Origin: Macrostomum lignano
Taxonomy: Eukaryota
DNA: 64,000 nucleotides
Assembly: GCA_002269645.1 (NCBI GenBank)
Contig: NIVC01000224.1
Span: 1 to 64,000 of the forward strand
Direction of reading: 5' to 3'
Shown: one piece after another, positions 43,226 through 55,009 of the stretch
Numbering within the stretch: the stretch's first letter is position 1
Layout: every line of letters starts with the position of its first letter
Made by a program: the position numbers and the translations under genes
The notes under the pieces: model-generated
Databases searched by the model: none
Seen by the model: only the letters and a program-made list of their open reading frames with translations
What the model was told of the DNA's origin: nothing

Positions 43226-46200
43226 AACTTCGGTCTCGAGTCCTTAGGGATCAGATAAGTAGGCACACATTTGGTAGAGAGCAGGAGGAGGACGTCCCGC
43301 GGTTACCATGAGGTTTCGAACTTCTCTCATGTTGCTGACCACTTTTCTACACTTTCCTGCCTCTGCGAGTGTTCGATTGCCTCTTTTTCTCCCTCCCTGT
43401 CTGTCTGTGCGTCCTCCGCGCAAAGTTGAAAAAAGGGTAGGGGGGGCACAAGAGGTCGCCAAAGTTTTATAGAAAGATATAGAAATAGAATATTATATGC
43501 TCGAATCAATAGAGGCAAGCTTCTTTTTGCCTCAGCTACTTACCAGCGACAACAAGTTTGCGGACCGGGGTTAGCAGCAGCTGGATCAATTTGCTCACTT
43601 GAGTAATTCCACGTTCTGCCGCATGCAACCCCTCTACTACTGCTCAGCATCCTTCCTGCGCGCCTCATCAGTGCGGGGATTTTAGAATTCTCATGGGGGT
43701 GAGAAGGCAGATAAGAGAGGAGGGGAGAGAGGAGAGGAGAGGAGAGAGAAGAGCGGAGAAGAGAAAAGAGAAGAGAAGAGAGAGGAGAGAAGAGAGAATT
43801 GAGAGAAGAGAGAAGAGGAGACAAGAGAGAAGAGAGGAGAGAGAGAAGAAAAGAGAGAAGGGTGGCACGGGGGAGAAGAGAGAAAAGTGGAGAAGAGAGA
43901 AGAGGAGAGAGGAGAGGAGAGAAAAGAGAAGGAGAGTTGAGGAGAGATGATTGTGAAGTTCCGAAGTATTGTAAAGTCTCAAATGACCTGAGGGCTGGTT
44001 AGAGAGGCTTGTGCTGTAAATGTGCTATAAATGTGCTGTAAATGTGCTGTAAATGTGCTGTTAACGAGCTGTAAATGTGCTGTGAATGTGTTGTAAATAC
44101 GTTGTGAATGTGCTGTACATTTGCTGTGAATGTGCTGTTAACGTGCTGTAAATTTGCTGTAAATGTGCTATAAATGTGCTGTAAATGTGCTGTTAACGTG
44201 CTGTAAACTTGCTGTAAATGTGCTATAAATGTGCTGTAAATGTGCTGTTAACGTGCTGTAAACTTGCTGTAAATGTGCTATAAATGTGCTGTAAATGTGC
44301 TGTTAACGTGCTGTAAATGTGCTGTAAATGTGCTGTAAACTTGCTGTAAATGTGCTATAAATGTGCTATAAATGTGCTGTAAACCGGGTTTTTCCGATCC
44401 CTGATTTTATAGAAACGCGACAATCATTTTGAAACTACATCATCTTCATCTGGGATTTAGTAGCTAAAAATTCACCTAAAATGATACAAATTATGAAATT
44501 AAGCTCTACTTGGACCAAAACTTGGTTGTTATTTTTTTACAATCTAGCTCAATCTTGTTAAAAACTTGGAACGTCTCCGTTTGGACTGGACAGGCTCTTT
44601 TCTCTCCCTTCATTTTGAAGGGAGGATTGCAAGATCGAAAATATTTCACTCAAACTTTGACTTGAAAGCTAAAAAACACGGCACCGATCTCTGCGGACCG
44701 AGAAACCAAGGAACCGGAACTGGACCGCGGCGGTTTTAATGCTTTGTTGGCCAATCGAAATTCGAATGCCTACAAAGCTTCTTAGTTTGAGTTACTAATG
44801 GGGTTTGTGTAGCTTTTAGGGTGAAGTGTTTTAAGTGAGTTGTATCAATGAAGCTTGTGAACTCGTGTTGTTAAAGCTTGTGAAATCGTGTCGTTAAAGC
44901 TTGTGAAATGTGTTGTTAAAGCTTGTGAAATGTGTTGTTCAAGATTGTGAAATGTGTTGTTAAAGATTGTGAAATGTATTGTTAAAGCTTGTAAAATGTA
45001 TTGTTAAAGATTGTGAAATGTGTTGTTCAAGATTGTGAAATGTGTTGTTAAAGATTGTGAAATGTATTGTTAAAGCTTGTAAAATGTGTTGTTCAAGATT
45101 GTGAAATGTGTTGTTAAAGCTTGTGAAATGTGTTGTTAAAGATTGTGAAATGTATTGTTAAAGCTTGTGAAATGTGTTGTTCAAGATTGTGAAATGTGTT
45201 GTTAAAGATTGTGAAATGTATTGTTAAAGCTTGTAAAATGTGTTGTTCAAGATTGTGAAATGTGCTGTTAAAGCTTGTGAAATCGTGTTGTTAAAGCTTG
45301 TGAAATCGTGTTGTTAAAGCTTGTGAAATCGTGTTGTTAAAGCTTGTGAAATGTGTTGTTAAAGCTTGTGAAATCGTGTTGTTAAAGCTTGTGAAATGTG
45401 TTTATTAAGCTTGTGAAATGGTGTTTATAAAGCTTGTGAAATGGTGTTTAAGCTTGTGAAATGGTGTTTATACAGCTTGTGAAATGGTGTTTATAAAGCT
45501 TGTGAAATGGTGTTTAAGCTTGTGAAATGGTGTTTATACAGCTTGTGAAATTGTGTTTATAAAGCTTGTGAAATTGTTTTTATAAAGCTTGTGAAATTGT
45601 GTTTATACAGCTTGTGAAATGGTGTTTATACAGCTTGTGAAATGGTGTTTATACAGCTTGTGAAATGGTGTTTATACAGCTTGTGAAATGGTGTTTATAC
45701 AGCTTGTGAAATGTACATTTATCAGGTTCGTGAAATGTGTGTTGTGAAGCTATGACCCATGTTAATACCTGGCCCGTGTCTCCTTAATAAATTAATCAAT
45801 ATTGTTCTAAAGGAAGTTACTCTGCACTCTGCTCTGCTAAGTGTGAAAACTCATGCAGCCCCTTCAACCACCAGTTCCAGTCGGTTCAAGTTAATTGCAT
45901 CTATCGATTGCCCAGTCTCCTGCAAAGAGAGTTTAGTTAGAAAGAGAATTTTCTAAGCATAGTCAGAAAATCTCATTCATACCTGTGTTCATTATATTTT
46001 TATTGCTTGTTAATTTTTTTGTCAAATTTCAGGATGAAAAGAATCAAATTATGACTACAAATGTCTGGCTGCGTGAGGTGCGATCTGTTTTTTGATAAGA
46101 GTTGAATTTTTTATAACCGATTCTTAATCTCTCTGTCACTGTGAGTGCAAGTTTGCTCAAGCCCGGATACAATTCCAGGTCTGGTACGACAGCAAGCTGA

Positions 46201-49200
46201 CCTGGGACCCGGATGCTTATCACGGAGTCAGCACTCTTTACATCCCGTCTGAGGATATCTGGTTGCCGGATATTGTCCTCTATAACAAGTCAGTTTAGCA
46301 ATATGTATAGTGTGGCGATATGTATCGATAATGTGTTTTATACCTTAGCTAAATTTGCAGCTACGCATATGATTAAGATCTACGAGCGTGTTGTATCTAG
46401 ACTCCACAGTCTGGTCACTCCACCATCTAGTCACTCTCATATCTAGTCACTCTCCTATGTAGTCACTCTCCCATCTAGTCACTCTTCTATCTAGTCACTC
46501 TCCCACCTAGTCACTCCACCATCTAGTCACTCTCCCGTCTAGTCACTCTTCTATCTAGTCACTCTCCTATCTAGTCACTCCACCATCTAGTCACTCTCCC
46601 GTCTAGTCACTCTCCTATCTAGTCACTCCACCATCTAGTCACTCTCATATCTAGTCACTCTCCTATCTAGTCACTTTCCTATCTAGTCACTCTCCCATCT
46701 AGTCACTCTCCCGTCTAGTCACTCTCCTATCTAGTCACTCCACCATCTAGTCACTCTCATATCTAGTCACTCTCCTATCTAGTCACTTTCCTATGTAGTC
46801 ACTCTCCTATGTAGTCACTCTCCTATGTAGTCACTCTCCTACGTAGTCACTCTCCTATGTAGTCACTCTCTTATCTAGTCACTCTCATATGTGACTACAG
46901 TCTAGTCACTCTTCTATCTAGTCACTCTCCTATCTAGTCACTCCACCATCTAGTCACTCTCCCGTCTAGTCACTCTCCTATCTAGTCACTCCACCATCTA
47001 GTCACTCTCCCGTCTAGTCACTCTCCTATCTAGTCACTCCACAATCTAGTCACCGTCTAGTCACTCTCCTATCTAGTCACTCTCCTATCTAGTCACTCCA
47101 CCATCTAGTCACTCTCCCGTCTAGTCACTCTCCTATCTAGTCACTCCACAATCTAGTCACTTCACTATCTAGTCACTCTCCCACCTAGTCACTCTCCTAT
47201 CTAGTCACTCTCCTATCTAGTCACTCTCCTATCTAGTCACTCTCCCATCTAGTCACTCTCATATCTAGTCGCTCTCCTATGTAGCCACTTTTCTATCTAG
47301 TCACTCTTCTATCTAGTCACTCTTCTATCTAGTCACTCTCCTATGTAGTCACTCTCCTATGTAGTCACTCTCCTATGTAGTCACTCTCCTATGTAGTCAC
47401 TCTCCTATGTAGTCACTCTCCTATGTAGTCACTCTCCTATGTAGTCACTCTCCTATCTAGTCACTCTCCTATCTAGTCACTCTCCTATGTAGTCACTCTT
47501 CTATGTAGTCACTCTCCTATGTAGTCACTCTCCTATGTAGTCACTCTCCTATGTAGTCACTCTCCTATGTAGTCACTCTCCTATGTAGTCACTCTCCTAT
47601 CTAGTCACTCTTCTATCCAGTCACCTCCAGCCAACCAGCTGGTCACTCTCCTATGTAGTCACTCTCCTATATAGTCACTCTCCTATGTAGTCACTCTCCT
47701 ATGTAGTCACTCTCCTATGTAGTCACTCTCCTATCTAGTCACTCTTCTATCTAGTCACCTCCAGCCAACCAGCTGGTCACTCTCCTATGTAGTCACTCTC
47801 CTATATAGTCACTCTCCTATGTAGTCACTCTCCTATGTAGTCACTCTCCTATGTAGTCACTCTCCTATGTAGTCACTCTCCTATGTAGTCACTCTCCTAT
47901 GTAGTCACTCTCCTATGTAGTCACTCTCCTATCTAGTCACTCTCCTATCTAGTCACTCTTCTATCTAGTCACCTCCAGCCAACCAGCTGGTCACTCTCCT
48001 ATGTAGTCACTCTCCTATATAGTCACTCTCCTATGTAGTCACTCTCCTATGTAGTCACTCTCCTATCTAGTCACTCTCCTATCTAGTCACTCTTCTATCT
48101 AGTCACCCCCAGCCAACCAGCTAGTCACTCTCCTATCTAGTCACTCTCTTATCTAGTCACTCCACCATCAAGTCGCTCAACCATCTAGTCACTCTTATCT
48201 AGTCACCCATCTAGCACTCTCCCATCAAATCACTCCCCTATCTAGTCACCCCCTCATCTAGTCGATCCGCCATCTAATCATTCCTCTGTGTAACACTGCT
48301 CTTATCTAGCCACCCTCTATCTATTTAACTTTCTGTCTAGTCACCCTTAATACAGCTACTTTGTAATCTAGTCACTCCATCATCAATTCACTCCCCAATC
48401 AAATATCTGTTTTATTTACAGTCAAAATTTTTTTTATTTGCACATTCACGGACCTGGCGCCAATTTAAAATTCAGCGCCGATGGCAACTACGAGGTGACC
48501 CTGATGACCAAGGCGGCCCTGCAGAGCACCGGAAAAGTGCTGTGGGAGCCGCCAGCTATCTATAAATCATCCTGCCAAATCGATGTGGAATTTTTCCCTT
48601 TCGATAGCCAGAATTGTACCATGAAGTTTGGCAGCTGGACCTACGATGGGCTCCAGGTAACTGACGCTTGGGGTTGCAGCAGTGGGCTTATTGATCTCTT
48701 ACCCTATTCGAGTAAACACACCCATGTCATGCTATAGGAAACACCCTCTATCACTTAAATAAACACCTCTCGTGTAAATTCAGTAAACAACCAGTTCACT
48801 CCAGTAAACACACCCACCTCACTCCAGTAAACACACCCACCTCACTCCAGTAAACACACCCACCTCACTTCAGTAAACACACCCGCCTCACTCCAGTAAA
48901 CACACCCACCTCACTCCAGTAAACACACCCGCCTCACTCCAGTAAACACACCCACCTCACTCCAGTAAACACACCCACCTCACTCCAGTAAACACACCCA
49001 CCACACTCCAGTAAACACCCACCTCACTCCAGTAAACACCCACCTCACTCCAGTAAACACACCATACCTCACTCCAGTAAACGCAACCACCTCACTCCAA
49101 TAAAAACCCCTATTTGAATTCAGTAAACACACCCTACACCTCACCTGCACCGCAGGTGGACCTTCGCCACATTCAGCAGGCCAACAGCAGCGAGCCCGTA

Positions 49201-52152
49201 GTTGAGTTCGGCATTGATCTGGAAACATTCTACGAGTCCACCGAATGGGACGTCCTTGAAGTGCCGGCCAAGCGACACGAGAAGGTCTACCCCTGCTGTC
49301 CGGAGCCCTACCCCGACATCACCTTCGCCATCATACTTCGCCGAAAGACCCTGTTTTACACCGTGAATCTAATCATACCCTGCGTGGCAATCAGCTTTCT
49401 CACCGTCATGGTTTTCTATCTGCCATCCGACAGCGGCGAGAAGATCACCCTGTGCATCTCCATTCTGCTCGCTCTGACCGTGTTTTTCCTTCTATTAGCT
49501 GAGACTATACCGCCAACTTCGCTAGTAGTGCCGCTGATTGGCAAGTACCTGCTGTTTACCATGATTCTAGTCACTCTGTCCATCATTGTCACCGTGATTG
49601 TGCTCAATGTACACTTCCGCGGCCCGGCCACGCATCGGATGGCGCCCTGGGTTCGACGCCTGTTTCTTGAGTCGCTGCCGGCCCTGCTGCTCATGCCGCC
49701 GCATCCGGGGCTGGCCAGGGCTGCGGCCGCTGCGGTGAGACTGGGGGAGTGACTAGAGAGCGGAGTGACAAGATGGGAGAGTGAATCGACAAATGAGTGA
49801 TTAGATGATCGAGTGGATAGATGGTGAAGTGTCTAGATGGAGGAGTGACTAGATCGGGGAGTGACTAGATGGGGGAGTGACTAGATGGGGGAGTGACTAG
49901 ATCGGGGAGTGACTAGATCGGGGAGTGACTAGATGGGGGAGTGACTAGATCGGGGAGTGACTAGATGGAGGAGTGACTAGATCGGGGAGTGAGTAGATGG
50001 GGGAGTGACTAGATCGGGGAGTGACTAGATGGAGGAGTGACTAGATCGGGGAGTGACTAGATGGGGGAGTGACTAGATCGGGGAGTGACTAGATCGGGGA
50101 GTGACTAGATCGGGGAGTGACTAGATCGGGGAGTGAGTAGATGGGGGAGTGACTAGATCGGGGAGTGACTAGATGGAGGAGTGACTAGATCGGGGAGTGA
50201 CTAGATCGGGGAGTGACTAGATGGGGAGTGACTAGATCGGGGAGTGACTAGATGGGGAGTGACTAGATCAGGGAGTGACTAGATGGGGAGTGACTAGATC
50301 GGGGAGTGACTAGATGAGAGAGTGACTAGATCGGTAGTGACTAGATCGTGGAGTGACTAGATCAGGGAGTGACTAGATCGGGGAGTGACTAGATGGGGAG
50401 TGACTAGATCGGGGAGTGACTAGATCGGGGAGTGACTAGATCGGGGAGTGACTAGATCGGGGAAAGACTAGATGGGGGAGTGACTAGATGAGAGAGTGAC
50501 TAGATCGGGGAGTGAATAGATCGGGGAGTGACTAGATGAAAGAGTGACTAGATCGGGGAGTGACAAGATGAAAGAGTGACTATATCGGGAGTGACTAGAT
50601 CGGGGAGTGACTATAAATTGCACTGTAGAGTGTGACTAGACGGAGAGTGAAGAGTAGATGCCTGCTGACAAGACACTGACTGATTCCAACATACCATTCT
50701 CTCCAGAAAGCCCCACAAGCGGCTGCAGCTCAATGCCAGCAGCAGAGCCGTCAGAACGTTCGCATCGCTCGCGATCTTGAAGTCCTGCTGACGCGCACGC
50801 AAGACACCTGGAATGATCGAGATGGGGCTGCCGCAGCTGCCAACTTCAACGACGAGCTGGCAGACCCCCGCCTGCGTCGAGATCTGCAGTTCGCCCTGTA
50901 CGGCGTGGAATTCATTGCCAGGCATTTGAAACGGGAGGACGAAAAGAAAAATGCGAGTTTTTGTTTCAATTTTGCCTACTAAAAGTAGAAAGTTTGAGTT
51001 TTTAGTGATTTTTTTCTAAAGAAATTATTAACTCGTCTATTGAAGTTTAAAGCGTCCCACCCTAAAATCATATAACTTCGACTCATCTCTGACACAGACC
51101 GTTCTTATCGCTCGACAATCTTTCAGATTCGCGACGATTGGAAATTTGTGGCTTTGGTTTTGGACAGACTGTTTCTGTGGATATTTTCAATTGCATGTGT
51201 GACTGGTGAGCAAATCTGGTGATGCAGTTGGTAATTCAGTTTGTAGTGCAGCTGGTAATGCGCTTGGTAAAGCGGTTGGTAATGAGCTCGGTAATGAGAT
51301 TGGTAATGAAGTTGGTAATGAGATTGGTAATGAAGTTGGTAATGAGATTGGTAATGAAGTTGGTAATGAGATTGAAGTTGGTAATGGGGTCGGTAATGAG
51401 ATCGGTAATGAAGTCGGTAATGAAGTTGGTAATCAGCTTGGTAATTAGATTGGTAATGAGATCGGTATTGGGATCGGTAATGAGGTTGGTAATGAGATCG
51501 GTATTGGGATCAGTAATGAGTTTGGTAATGAAGTCGGTAATAAAGTTGGTAATGAGATCGGTAATGAATTTGGTAATGAGATCGGTAATGAAGTTGCTAA
51601 TGAGATCGGTAATGAAGTCGTAATTAAGTTGGTAATCAGCTTGGTAATTAGATTGGTAATGAGATCGGTATTGGGATCGGTAATGAGGTTTTTAATGAGA
51701 TTGGTAATGAGATCGGTAATGAGATTGGTAATGAAGTCGGTAATGAAGTTGGTAATGAGATCGGCAATGAAGTTGGCAATGAAATTGGTAATGAAGTTGG
51801 TAATGAGATCGGCAATGAAGTTGGCAATGAAATTGGTAATGAAGTTGCTAATGAGATCGGTAATGTAGTTGGTAATGAGCTTGGTATTTAGATTGGTTAT
51901 GAGGTCAGTATTGGGTTGGTAATGAAGTTGGTAATGAGATTGGTAATGAGATCGGTTATGAGATCGGTAATGAAATCGGTAACGTAAGTCAGCAACGCAG
52001 TCGGCATTGCAGACGTGAACATTCCACTCCCACGAACCGCAGGCACACTGGGGGTGATCCTGCAGGCTCCCACTCTCTATGATGACAGTCAGGCCATCGA
52101 CTTGAAAAACCTGAGCTACAGGTCTGAGCAGGAGATCATCAACCAAATTTGA
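41381..52152 (+). CDS. Nicotinic acetylcholine receptor alpha subunit (cation-selective type); 9 exons, 517 aa
   Basis: Exons 41381-41423, 42963-43123, 46033-46077, 46179-46288, 48476-48656, 49156-49734, 50707-50952, 51127-51205, 52043-52152 (1554 nt). Signal peptide; [12 protein letters not shown]; [13 protein letters not shown]; [10 protein letters not shown]; Cys-loop [15 protein letters not shown]; WTYDG; loop C YPCCPEPY; M2 [20 protein letters not shown]; M4 [17 protein letters not shown]. Intron 7 needs a GC donor. Confidence 0.96.
41550..42535. repeat. 32-bp minisatellite in nAChR intron 1
   Basis: Unit ATCTAGATCAAATCTAATCATCAATGATTTGC, ~30 highly homogeneous copies. Confidence 0.96.
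42540..42860. repeat. 33-bp minisatellite in nAChR intron 1
   Basis: Unit GAATAGAATGGATTGCTAATCTATAGGATGAAG. Confidence 0.92.
44010..44385. repeat. 11-bp minisatellite in nAChR intron 2
   Basis: Unit AAATGTGCTGT. Confidence 0.92.
44845..45740. repeat. ~22-bp minisatellite in nAChR intron 2
   Basis: Unit GCTTGTGAAATGTGTTGTTAAA, drifting along the array. Confidence 0.92.
46405..48350. repeat. 16-bp minisatellite filling nAChR intron 4
   Basis: Unit ATCTAGTCACTCTCCT / ATGTAGTCACTCTCCT. Confidence 0.95.
48790..49100. repeat. 23-bp minisatellite in nAChR intron 5
   Basis: Unit CTCACTCCAGTAAACACACCCAC. Confidence 0.9.
49745..50650. repeat. 16-17-bp minisatellite filling nAChR intron 6 (reverse complement of the intron-4 family)
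   Basis: Unit GACTAGATCGGGGAGT / GACTAGATGGGGGAGT. Confidence 0.93.
51230..51985. repeat. 12-bp minisatellite filling nAChR intron 8
   Basis: Unit GGTAATGAGATT / GGTAATGAAGTT. Confidence 0.92.
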
Positions 52153-52579
52153 GATTCGAGACGGGTATTGAATTTGCGAGTGTAGTTTCATACCTGTAGC
52201 TTCTGTTTATTCTGTTTATAGCTGTTTGTTTAGCAATTCAACTCGTACTAATAACTGAATGTTTTGCATATTGTAATGCGTAATTTATGATTAAACAAGC
52301 TGTTGAAACCCGCGGATTTTGAACCCGGGGAATTCCAATCCCGGAACTATTTTTCCATGTTTTCTGAAATCTGAGGCCATACTCAAACAAAAACTTTTTA
52401 ATAGTTAGTAGGATAGAGATAGACATCAAATGGAGTACATTTGTGTAAAATTAGAATTTGAGTCAAACATTGATCTTGTTGGTTGGGTTGCTTTTTACTT
52501 TAAATAGGCAGTTAATGTCTGTCTGACTCTAAAACATGTATCGGCAAACTCTGGCCTCTGCCTCTGACTCTCCCTACGT

Positions 52580-53820
52580 CCCTTGGATCCTTTGAAACTT
52601 CTATCTTCTCTTCTGTTTCCTCTCCTCTCTCATCCCTCGTCTCTCCTCTCTGCTCTCTCTCCTCTCCTCTCTTCTCTTTTTCCTCTTTCCTCTCCCCTCT
52701 TTTCTCTTCTTTTTCATCTCTCTTATCTCATGTCTTTTCTCTTCTTTTCTCTTTCCTCTCCTCCCACTCTTCTCTCGTCTTATCATTCACCTCTCCTCTC
52801 TCTCGTCTTTATTTGCTCTCTGATCTCTCCTTTCTCTTCTCTCTCTTCTCTTTTATCTCTTTTTATTTCTCTCTGCTTCCCCCTCTCTCTGCTTCCCCCT
52901 CTCTCTGCTTCCCCCCTCTCTCTCTGCTTCCCCCCTCTCTCTCTGCTTCCCCCTCTCTCTCTGCTCCCCCCCTCTCTCTCTGCTTCCCCCTCTATCTCTG
53001 CTTCCCCCTCTCTCTCTGCTTCCCCCTCTATCTCTGCTTCCCCCTCTCTCTCTGCTTCCCCCTCTCTATCTCTCTGCTTCCCCCCTCTCTCTCTGCTTCC
53101 CCCTCTCTCTCTGCTTCCCCCTCTCTCTTATCTCTCCTCTCCCATCTTTCTTCTCCTCTCTACTCTCTCCCCTCCATTCTCCTCTTTTCTCTCCTCTCGC
53201 CTCACTCACATCTCTCTCCCTTTGTCTCTCCTCTCGTCTCTGTAATCTCTTCTCTCTTATCTCTCCTTTGTTCTCTCTACTCTCCCATCTCTCGTCTGTT
53301 CATTTTCGTCTCTGCTCTCAGCTCATCCCCCTCTTTCATCTGTCATCTTTACTGTCTTATATGTTCTCTCATTCTGTCCTCTGTACTCTTTTCTTTCACC
53401 TCTTTTGTCTCCTCACTTTCCTTTCTCCTTTCTTCTATTCTCTTCTCTTCCCTCTTCTATATACTCTCTCCCTCTCTTGTCTCGTCTCTTCTCTCTCCCC
53501 TCTCCTCCTTTATCTCTCATCTCTCATCTCATCTCTCTTTACACCTCTCTCATCTGTACAACCTTATCTCTTCTCTCTTCCAAGTTCCATTTACTCTCTC
53601 ATCTCTCCTTTCTCCTCTTTACTAACTCCTCTCTGCTCTTCTCTCTGCTCTCCTCTCATCTGCAGCTCTCTGCTCTCTCCTCTCTACCCGCTCCTCTCTA
53701 CTCTCTCCTCTCATCGTCCTCACTCCCTCATATCTCCTATTATCTTTTATCTTTTCTCTTATTCTCTCTCTCACCTCTCCTCTCTTTTCGAATAGTCTAT
53801 TCCTTCTTCTCTCCACTCTC
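52580..53820. repeat. Pyrimidine-rich low-complexity tract with an embedded CTCTCTCTGCTTCCCC array
   Basis: Almost purely C/T; array at ~52865-53125. Confidence 0.92.
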
Positions 53821-55009
53821 AACTGCCCCTCAGCCATAAGCAGGATTCTTTTCTGGCCTTTGAGGTAAAAGTCTGCCCATTCCTGCTTGGAAAGCCAGTT
53901 TTTGGGACGTAGTACTCTCATGGCTGTTCTCATGCTTTGATCATGTCATCTTTCTTGCCAATTTGCAAGCCCTGAAAAGAATTTGTGTATCTTCTGCTCC
54001 ACTGCAGTCTGCATCAGTCTAACAACCAAGGAAATACGCATTTCTTAGGAGGCCATTTAAATTTTAAAGTTACCTTATGCGAATCTTAATGTTAAAATTT
54101 TCATGGTGTAACTAATTTAGTAGGATTGCATTGTAATCAGTTATTCATTAATTTTTCGCTATTTTTTTAAACCATCCCACATTGCCTTGATTTGCCATCC
54201 TTGTTTAACTGCTTCGACTTGTCTATACAGAGGACAGTAAGTTTGAATCTCTCGCTAAACTCTCTCCTCTCAACGCCTCTCCACTCGCGGGGGTACAGAG
54301 AAGGCTATTAAAAAGTTATTCCAAAACACTGTACACTCGCTATGTACATTGAGCCCTATCGCCTGACCCTTCGTCTGGCTCTGGGGGAATGAGTGAGTGA
54401 GTGGCACAAACAACAGAAAAAGCAGACAAACTTCACATGCTTACAGTTTCTTTTTCGGTTGAGTTACTTAGTTGAAACTTTACATTTAGATAGAGAATAA
54501 GTCAATGAAAAATTGTGTCAAGTTTGAAGTCAATCGCTTTACGTGGAGCAAACTTATGGCAGCTGAAAGTTAGTCAATTTTGAAACCCTTTTACGCATCG
54601 GCCCAGATCGGGAAAGAGAAGCAGGCGGGCGGAGGTTGGGGTGGTTGCTACGCTGAAAAAAACAGCCTAACTTTAAAAGTGCACAGCACCGCTCAGGATT
54701 ATTTTTGAGACTCGAAATTTTACATGATTGTGCCAAAATAGTTGAAGATTGTCTGTGCCAAATTTGAAGAGAATCGGTAAAAGTGGAGCGGCGCTATGGA
54801 GGATTTAGTGAAAAAATTGCGCATTTTGAGCAGTTTTTTGTACTTTTAGGTAGGAAGACTTGAGTCTAGGAAGTTAAAAGGTAGCCTAAGACATTCTCTG
54901 TAGTAAGTTTAGGGTGGGTGTACAGTTTGGTGTAATTTGGTTGAGCGGTTTGGGAGTCCATAGCGATCAAAATTGTCCACAGACACACAGAGTTTTCATT
55001 TTTATACTT

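Noticed and set aside
51206-53933. Long ORFs in the 12-bp array and the CT-rich tract
   Set aside because: Low-complexity translations, some with non-ATG starts, and no domain signal.
53822-53960. Minus-strand exon MRTAMRVLRPKNWLSKQEWADFYLKGQKR
   Set aside because: No recognisable motif, stops just upstream in the same frame, and no partner exon found.
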